Shown here piece by piece: positions 6,778 through 12,002 of a stretch of 12,002 nt of DNA (its first letter is position 1; the number at the start of each line of letters is the position of its first letter). The notes beneath the pieces were generated by a model, which made no database searches, was not told the origin of the DNA, and saw nothing but the letters and a program-made list of their open reading frames with translations. The stretch covers positions 1 through 12,002 of the forward strand of contig CAWEYG010000018.1 in the NCBI GenBank assembly GCA_963813155.1, written 5' to 3'. This DNA is from an uncultured Acidobacteriota bacterium (lineage in GTDB: Bacteria; Acidobacteriota; Thermoanaerobaculia; UBA5066; DATFVB01). The translations under genes were made by a program, and so were the position numbers.

Positions 6778-8058
6778 TCAGAACCTCCGGATCAGCAGAA
6801 ACGCTGCGCCTGCGAGGGCAAGCGCCATCAGAGCCAGCGCGGTGTTGCCAAGCGTCGGCACCTGGACGAGATTCGCGACGACCGCCGGGTCGACCGTGAA
6901 GTTGTAGGTGATCTGGCCCGAGCACGTCGGGTCGCTTCCGGATGTCGGCGTGTCGGTCGCGGTGACCGTGAAGCTGAACGAGCCCACGTCCGAGGTGGCC
7001 GGGGTCCCGCTCAACAGGCCGGACGAGCTCAGATTGAGCCAGGCTGGGAGCGTCGTGGAAGTGAAGGTGTACGTTCCGGCCGGTCCGCCGCTCGCCGAGA
7101 GCTGCTGCGAGTAGGCGCTTCCGTCAGTTGCGTCGGGAACGGTCGACGGAGAGATCGTGACCGCGCTGAAGCCGGCGCATGTCGGGGGAGGAATCGTGAC
7201 CGAGAAGCTTCCGCTCGTATTCGACGTGTGCTTGACCTGCGTGCCGCTCGAAATGTAGTTCGCAGGCGAGGTATTCGCGGTTCCGACCGAGTCGATCTGG
7301 AACGTGAAGATCTCGTCGTAGCAGTTGTTCGTCGTCAGAACGTCGGCTGTCGGGATCAACGCGACGTCGCGGTAGGGCGAATTCGCGTAGTTGGCGATCT
7401 GGATGTCCGAGTCGACGAACTCGAAGGCGTCGGCCGGCCAGGTATGTGAGGAAACCGGGCTGAAATAGAGAACCTTGGCGGCGCCCACGGTCCCGGTGCA
7501 TCCCGTCACGGTGATCTTTCCGAGCAGTCCGATCGTGGGGTTGTTCGGAATCGTGAGGACGGTGTTCACTTTGTTGGCATTGGCCTGAATCGTGTCCGCT
7601 ACCGTGAAGGCGAAAGGGAACGTTCCGTAATCCGATGCACCGGAGGTGCTGCCCACCTTGACGGTCAGCACCTGGGGCGTGGCCGTCGTCGAGCTCGCCT
7701 TCACCAGAAAGAAGACCCCCTTCGTCTCTCCGTTTGCGAGGCCGAGCTCCGCCACGGGATCGGTGCCGTGCGCCCCGGTCGATATCTTGAACTTCAACTC
7801 GTGGATGCCTGACCCGACGTTGCTGATGATCGAGCTCGCGCTCGTGTCGAGCGTGACCCACACGTCAGGGACACCGCCGCCGCTGTTCAACAGCTGAAAG
7901 ACGAGATACGTCGCGTCGAGGCCGTTGCCGAAGTCCGTGTACATGACGGAGCCCGACTCGCTCGTGACCGAGATGACGGGAACGGTAGCGCTTGCCCGCG
8001 AGCTCAGCGCGAGCGACACGACAACCGTAAGAAAAATCCTGCCAAGGACTTTATTCAT
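6778..8058 (-). CDS. Secreted protein with putative Ig (He_PIG-like) domain and IPTL-CTERM sorting signal
   Basis: SD AGGAGG and a signal peptide ending ASA. The body is Thr/Ser/Gly-rich, with the Ig motif LPAWLNLSSSGLLSGTP..GSFSFTVTATD. The C-terminus is VPTLGNTALALMALALAGAAFLLIRRF (motif + TM + basic tail, 6778-6861). Confidence 0.85.
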   Translation of the reverse strand: MNKVLGRIFLTVVVSLALSSRASATVPVISVTSESGSVMYTDFGNGLDATYLVFQLLNSGGGVPDVWVTLDTSASSIISNVGSGIHELKFKISTGAHGTDPVAELGLANGETKGVFFLVKASSTTATPQVLTVKVGSTSGASDYGTFPFAFTVADTIQANANKVNTVLTIPNNPTIGLLGKITVTGCTGTVGAAKVLYFSPVSSHTWPADAFEFVDSDIQIANYANSPYRDVALIPTADVLTTNNCYDEIFTFQIDSVGTANTSPANYISSGTQVKHTSNTSGSFSVTIPPPTCAGFSAVTISPSTVPDATDGSAYSQQLSASGGPAGTYTFTSTTLPAWLNLSSSGLLSGTPATSDVGSFSFTVTATDTPTSGSDPTCSGQITYNFTVDPAVVANLVQVPTLGNTALALMALALAGAAFLLIRRF

Positions 8059-8175
8059 CGTCTCCTCCTGTCTTTCGAAAACCGTCCGTTTTCAAAAGGC
8101 GGCAGAAGACGTTACCGCTTGCGCAACTCCAACGAATACACCGGTTTGTTCAATCCTCCCCAAGTTGTTAGAGCG

Positions 8176-8205
8176 ATATTGCCCGATTCTCTCCCGGGCT
8201 GTCAA
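8176..8205 (-). promoter_or_regulatory. Candidate sigma-70 promoter for the IPTL-CTERM gene
   Basis: Minus strand: TTGACA (8200-8205), 18-nt spacer, CAATAT (8176-8181), in an AT-rich intergenic region. Confidence 0.55.
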
Positions 8206-8225
8206 GAGATAAACAAGAGATAAAC
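8204..8225. repeat. Perfect 11-bp tandem direct repeat (AAGAGATAAAC x2), candidate operator
   Basis: Copies at 8204-8214 and 8215-8225 overlap the upstream edge of the -35 TTGACA. Confidence 0.75.
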
Positions 8226-8289
8226 GATCGATTTGATACAGGTCCGTCGATCGGAGTGAGGGAATTCAAAACTCCTGTGCTTGGACGGC

Positions 8290-9195
8290 TTAGTGGTGCG
8301 CGCCGGAATACGTCTTCTCGCCGGCGCGGACCTCGGTCGGCAGGTGATTCTGCGGGGGAGGGAACGGGCACGTCGCGTAGGGCGTGAAGATACACGGGGG
8401 GCTGTAGGCCTTGTTGAAATCGATCACGGTCTTTCCGTCTTTCGGCATCGGAGCGTACACGAAGCGGCCGGCTCCGTACGTTTCCTTTCCGTTGGTCCGG
8501 TCGCCGAAGATGAGGAACAGCTCTTCGGAGCCCTGCTCGAAAACGGGGTCGAGGCGATAGGTCTTTCCGCCGTGCTCGAAGGCGAGCGCTCCCGGCGAGA
8601 CGTCGTCTTCGGGGAAGCCGAGGGCCGTCGGCACCGCGATGTGTTTCAGCGGCGTGTACGGCTCGAATCGCGCCGTAACTCTACACGAGGGGTCGATCGG
8701 AAAATAGTCGAGTCCCTTGAAATTCTTCCGGGCGGGGCTCTCGGTGTCGCGAACGCGAACTCCCATTTTCTCTCCGCGGCGAATCACGAAAAACGAGAAC
8801 GTGCCGATCCGCAGAACGGTCGGGCTTCCGTTTTCATCCGACACGAGATCGGAGGCAGTGGCGGGCCGGCCGTCCGCGGTCAGGACCGCGCCGGGCGCGG
8901 GCTCGAGGCGAGTGCGCCCGTTTTCGAGCACGATCGCGCCGGCGACCGGAGGAACGCCTGGCCCGCGGAGGGAGATCTTCGCCTCGGGCCCGGACCCGAA
9001 AGGATTTGATCCCGGGTCGAGCCAGAAGAGTCCGGCGAGGGTGAGCCAGCCGTCGTCGCGCCGGAGCCGTTCCGCCCGCCGCTGCCTCCACGTTTCGATC
9101 TCGCGCCGGTAGCCGGGGTCCACCCGGGGGGAGCACGCGGTCGCCGCGAGAAGCGTCCCGAAGACCAACGATCGCCACACGCCTCTTCGCGCCAC
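8290..9195 (-). CDS. DUF1684 family protein, probable lipoprotein
   Basis: Motifs GWLTLAGLFWL, ETYGAGRF and DFNKAYSPPCIFTPYATCPFPPPQN. The start is moved from 9240 to in-frame GTG9195, giving MARRGVWRSLVFGTLLAATA-C, a lipobox-like signal. Confidence 0.85.
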   Translation of the reverse strand: MARRGVWRSLVFGTLLAATACSPRVDPGYRREIETWRQRRAERLRRDDGWLTLAGLFWLDPGSNPFGSGPEAKISLRGPGVPPVAGAIVLENGRTRLEPAPGAVLTADGRPATASDLVSDENGSPTVLRIGTFSFFVIRRGEKMGVRVRDTESPARKNFKGLDYFPIDPSCRVTARFEPYTPLKHIAVPTALGFPEDDVSPGALAFEHGGKTYRLDPVFEQGSEELFLIFGDRTNGKETYGAGRFVYAPMPKDGKTVIDFNKAYSPPCIFTPYATCPFPPPQNHLPTEVRAGEKTYSGAHH

Positions 9196-9216
9196 GGGGC
9201 GAGTATATCGGGCCAA

Positions 9217-9232
9217 TGGCACATCGATTGCT
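9217..9232 (+). promoter_or_regulatory. sigma-54 (-24/-12) promoter of the sortase operon
   Basis: TGGCACATCGATTGCT matches TGGCAC-N5-TTGCW exactly and ends 34 nt upstream of ATG9267. Confidence 0.8.
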
Positions 9233-9266
9233 CCCTTCACTGGCGGGAGTCGTATAAATTTCTCTC

Positions 9267-9923
9267 ATGGCTCGCTCGCGCGTTCTTCGTTGGACCGAAA
9301 TGCTGCTCTGGTGGAGCGGCGCGCTCCTGCTGGGCTGGTGCGCCGCGACGCTCGCGGAGTCCCGCATCTATCAGATCTTCGCGGGGCGCTCGCTCGATCG
9401 GATGCGGGAGAGCCGCTCGGCGGAGCGCAGCGGCGCCGCCGCCGCGCTTCCTCCGGCCGTCGACGTCGCCGGGAATACCGCGCCGGAGCCGGCCGGGGCG
9501 CCCGAACCGCGCGAACCCGCTCCCGCGCCGGGAAGCCTGCTCGGGCGCCTGGCCGCCCCCCGAATCGGCCTCTCCGTGATCGTTCTCGAAGGGGACGACT
9601 CGCGCGCGTTGCGGCTCGGGATAGGGCACGTCCCGGGCACGCCGTTTCCGTGGGAAAACGGCAACTCGGCTCTCGCCGGCCACCGGGACACGTTCCTGCG
9701 GCCTTTGCGGAAGATCCGGGACGGCGACCGGCTCGAGGTCGCGACGCCCCGGGAGACGTATCATTACGTCGTGGACTCCATCCAGATCGTTCGTCCCGAC
9801 GACGTGGGCGTCCTCGCGCCGGCAGGATCGGCCTCCCTCACGCTCGTCACGTGCTATCCGTTCTATTACGTCGGGAACGCTCCGAAGCGGTTCGTCGTGC
9901 GCGCGCGCCGTGTCGACGGCTGA
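9267..9923 (+). CDS. Class D sortase
   Basis: N-terminal TM anchor and Pro/Ala linker. Catalytic His in LAGHRDTF, Cys in LTLVTCYPF and Arg in APKRFVVRA. Confidence 0.93.
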   Translation: MARSRVLRWTEMLLWWSGALLLGWCAATLAESRIYQIFAGRSLDRMRESRSAERSGAAAALPPAVDVAGNTAPEPAGAPEPREPAPAPGSLLGRLAAPRIGLSVIVLEGDDSRALRLGIGHVPGTPFPWENGNSALAGHRDTFLRPLRKIRDGDRLEVATPRETYHYVVDSIQIVRPDDVGVLAPAGSASLTLVTCYPFYYVGNAPKRFVVRARRVDG

Positions 9924-10959
9924 AACCGGCGCCGCGCTGACGGCGTTTGAGAAGGCTTCGCCGGAAGTCCAGGCGCTGCTGAATCGGCCGATCAAGGACC
10001 TCGGACTGAAGCTGGAGGGATCGGCCGTCGAGAAGTACGTCCTCCGGCTCTACCGGGAGCTCGAGGCGAAGGGGCTTCGCCACTTCCGGCCTTCCTGCTA
10101 CCTCACCGACGAGTGGGGATGCCCCTCCGGCGAGCCGATCATCGGAATTCCTTTTTACCTCGCGGACCCGAAACTCGCCGCCCTGGAAAAGGCGATGAAC
10201 GACCTCGAAACCGAGCGCGAAATCCTGATGTACCTGCGTCATGAGGCCGGCCACGCTTTCAACTACGCGTACGAGCTGTACAAAACGGAGGAATGGCGGA
10301 ATCTTTTCGGGCCTTTTCGCCGGCCCTACCGCGAAGACTATCGCCCGGTTCCGTTCTCCCGGAGATTTGTGCGGCACATTGCCGGCTGGTACGCTCAGAA
10401 GCACCCGGACGAGGATTTTGCCGAGACGTTCGCCGTCTGGCTCACGCCGCGATCCGGATGGAGAAAGAAATACGCCGGATGGGACGCGATTCACAAGCTC
10501 CGCTACGTCGAGAAAACGGCGCGCGCGCTGCGGGATCGCGATCCCGTTCGGGCGGTCGGGTCGACGGACCTGACGGTCGAGGAGATGGAGACCACGATCG
10601 AGGATTTTTACCGGCAGAAGGCCGACCCCGGCGTCGCGGCCGTCGCGGCGGACCTCCCGCTCGATACCGACCTGCGCGATATCTTCTCCCGGCCGCGGGC
10701 GAGCTCGCCGCGCGGTGCCCGTCCCGCCGCACAGTTGCTGTCCGAAAACCGCAAAGAGATCGTGGACAAGGTCGCCTACTGGACGGGTGTGCGCCGCCCT
10801 CTCGTGAAGGACCTCGTGGAGTCGATCGAGCGCCGCGTCGGGGAGCTTCATCTCCGAGCGCCGCGAAACCGCGAGCCGAGATTTCTCGTCGAGATCACCG
10901 CCTACGCGACGACGCTTGCCATGAACTACCTGACCCGGGGAAAATTCGTTAACCCATGA
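9910..10959 (+). CDS. Putative zinc-binding (zincin) metallopeptidase, Peptidase_Mx-like
   Basis: HEAGH motif plus downstream YAQKHPDEDFAETFAVW carrying a candidate third-ligand Glu. No signal peptide. The GTG start overlaps the sortase end by 14 nt. Confidence 0.85.
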   Translation: MSTAETGAALTAFEKASPEVQALLNRPIKDLGLKLEGSAVEKYVLRLYRELEAKGLRHFRPSCYLTDEWGCPSGEPIIGIPFYLADPKLAALEKAMNDLETEREILMYLRHEAGHAFNYAYELYKTEEWRNLFGPFRRPYREDYRPVPFSRRFVRHIAGWYAQKHPDEDFAETFAVWLTPRSGWRKKYAGWDAIHKLRYVEKTARALRDRDPVRAVGSTDLTVEEMETTIEDFYRQKADPGVAAVAADLPLDTDLRDIFSRPRASSPRGARPAAQLLSENRKEIVDKVAYWTGVRRPLVKDLVESIERRVGELHLRAPRNREPRFLVEITAYATTLAMNYLTRGKFVNP

Positions 10960-11981
10960 AGGTCTCCGTGCTCTACGACGTCTGGGAAGAGGAGGCCCCC
11001 CCGCCCGAGGAGCCGCCGGCCAAGCCGCGAAAGGGGAAGCCGCGCCCGCGACGCCGGCACCCGAAGCTGGATCGCGAGCAGGTTTTCGACGCCCTCGGAA
11101 AGCTCGGGCACGACCCGTTCTACCAGGTTCTCGACGGCACCGACGCGACGCTCATTTCGGTCGTGCGCAACGGCGCGGACCTCACGTTCAACCTCACCGA
11201 GTCGTACGCGGGCGACGACACGTGCGACATGAACATCGGGGCGTTTCTCGATTTGCTCGGCCGGGCGTACACGGGCGCCGGCCCGCACGCGCTGTATCTC
11301 GCGCAGGACAAGGCGCTCGCGAAGAAGATCTTCCAGTTCCATGGAATCAAGACTCCCGTGTTCGCCCTCTCCTACAAGGGAAAGCTTCCCCACGCGCACG
11401 ACATCGGCTTTCCGCTCATCGTCAAGCCGACCTCGGAAGACGGTTCGATCGGCATCGACTGCGGGTCGGTCGTCTCGACGGTCAAAGAGCTGATGGCGCG
11501 CATCGAGTACATCCAGGAACGGTTCGACACCCCGGCGCTGATCGAGGAATACATCGAGGGGCGCGAGCTCTACGTCGGGATCCTGGGAAACGGCAAACCG
11601 GCGGCGCTGCCTCCCGTCGAGCTCGATCTGTCGCAACTTCCGGAAGGCATGCCCAGGATCGCGGGCACCGAGGTGAAGTGGGAGACGGAGACCGAGGCCT
11701 ACAAGAAGACGAAGGCGTCGATCGCGGTCGATCTCGACGAGGACACGATTCTGCGGCTGCAGGAGACGGCGCTCGCGGCGTACGAGGCGCTGGAGCTGCG
11801 CGACTACGGCCGGGTCGACATGCGCCTGCGAAAAGACGGCGAAGTCTTCGTCATCGAGGCCAACCCCAACCCCTGGCTCGCCGCGAACGCCGAATTCGCG
11901 ATGGCCGCGCGGGAGTCCGGGCGTTCGTACACGCAGATGATCGGAGAAATCGTCGAGCTCGCCCGGGCGAGGACGGCCTAG
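10956..11981 (+). CDS. D-Ala-D-Ala ligase-like ATP-grasp amide ligase (non-canonical)
   Basis: Motifs YTGA, QDKALAK, PLIVKP, EDGSIGI, EEYIEGREL, YGRVDMR and IEANPNP. ATGA overlap with the peptidase stop. Confidence 0.88.
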   Translation: MKVSVLYDVWEEEAPPPEEPPAKPRKGKPRPRRRHPKLDREQVFDALGKLGHDPFYQVLDGTDATLISVVRNGADLTFNLTESYAGDDTCDMNIGAFLDLLGRAYTGAGPHALYLAQDKALAKKIFQFHGIKTPVFALSYKGKLPHAHDIGFPLIVKPTSEDGSIGIDCGSVVSTVKELMARIEYIQERFDTPALIEEYIEGRELYVGILGNGKPAALPPVELDLSQLPEGMPRIAGTEVKWETETEAYKKTKASIAVDLDEDTILRLQETALAAYEALELRDYGRVDMRLRKDGEVFVIEANPNPWLAANAEFAMAARESGRSYTQMIGEIVELARARTA

Positions 11982-12002
11982 GTCGTTTCTCCCGTCTTCG
12001 GC

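Noticed and set aside
5079-6907. Long alternative-frame ORFs (5079-6755 -, 5666-6907 +, 5807-6544 -)
   Set aside because: They overlap the clear ABC-F gene and have low-complexity translations without family motifs.
8059-8289. c-di-GMP or other known riboswitch before the surface-protein gene
   Set aside because: I could not find the GEMM core (GGCAAACC..GAAA..GGACGCAAAGC) or any other aptamer consensus by eye.
9847-11636. Minus-strand ORFs 9847-10851 and 10926-11636
   Set aside because: Antisense to the well-supported peptidase and ligase genes, with no recognisable motifs.

Overview
High-GC bacterial chromosomal window. The lineage is probably a diderm such as Acidobacteriota; this is inferred from the gene families and is not proven. 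In order, it holds: the 3' end of a PP2C/SpoIIE-type phosphatase; a secreted protein with an LPKTA sortase sorting signal; a two-gene Opu/Osm-type ABC importer; a secreted transglutaminase-like protein; an atypical SDR; an ABC-F ATPase; a minus-strand Ig-domain protein with an IPTL-CTERM tail; a DUF1684 lipoprotein; and an overlapping three-gene unit of class D sortase, zincin metallopeptidase and Ddl-like ATP-grasp ligase. The main observation is that the LPKTA substrate gene and the sortase operon lie about 8.5 kb apart yet each has a near-consensus sigma-54 (-24/-12) promoter. This suggests a co-regulated protein-anchoring and peptide-ligation system. Other points are a ~117-nt rod-like structured element upstream of the ABC-F gene, a regulated-looking leader before the IPTL-CTERM gene, and repeated leaderless-type TANNNT promoters. 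No mobile elements, CRISPR arrays, tRNA or rRNA were seen.
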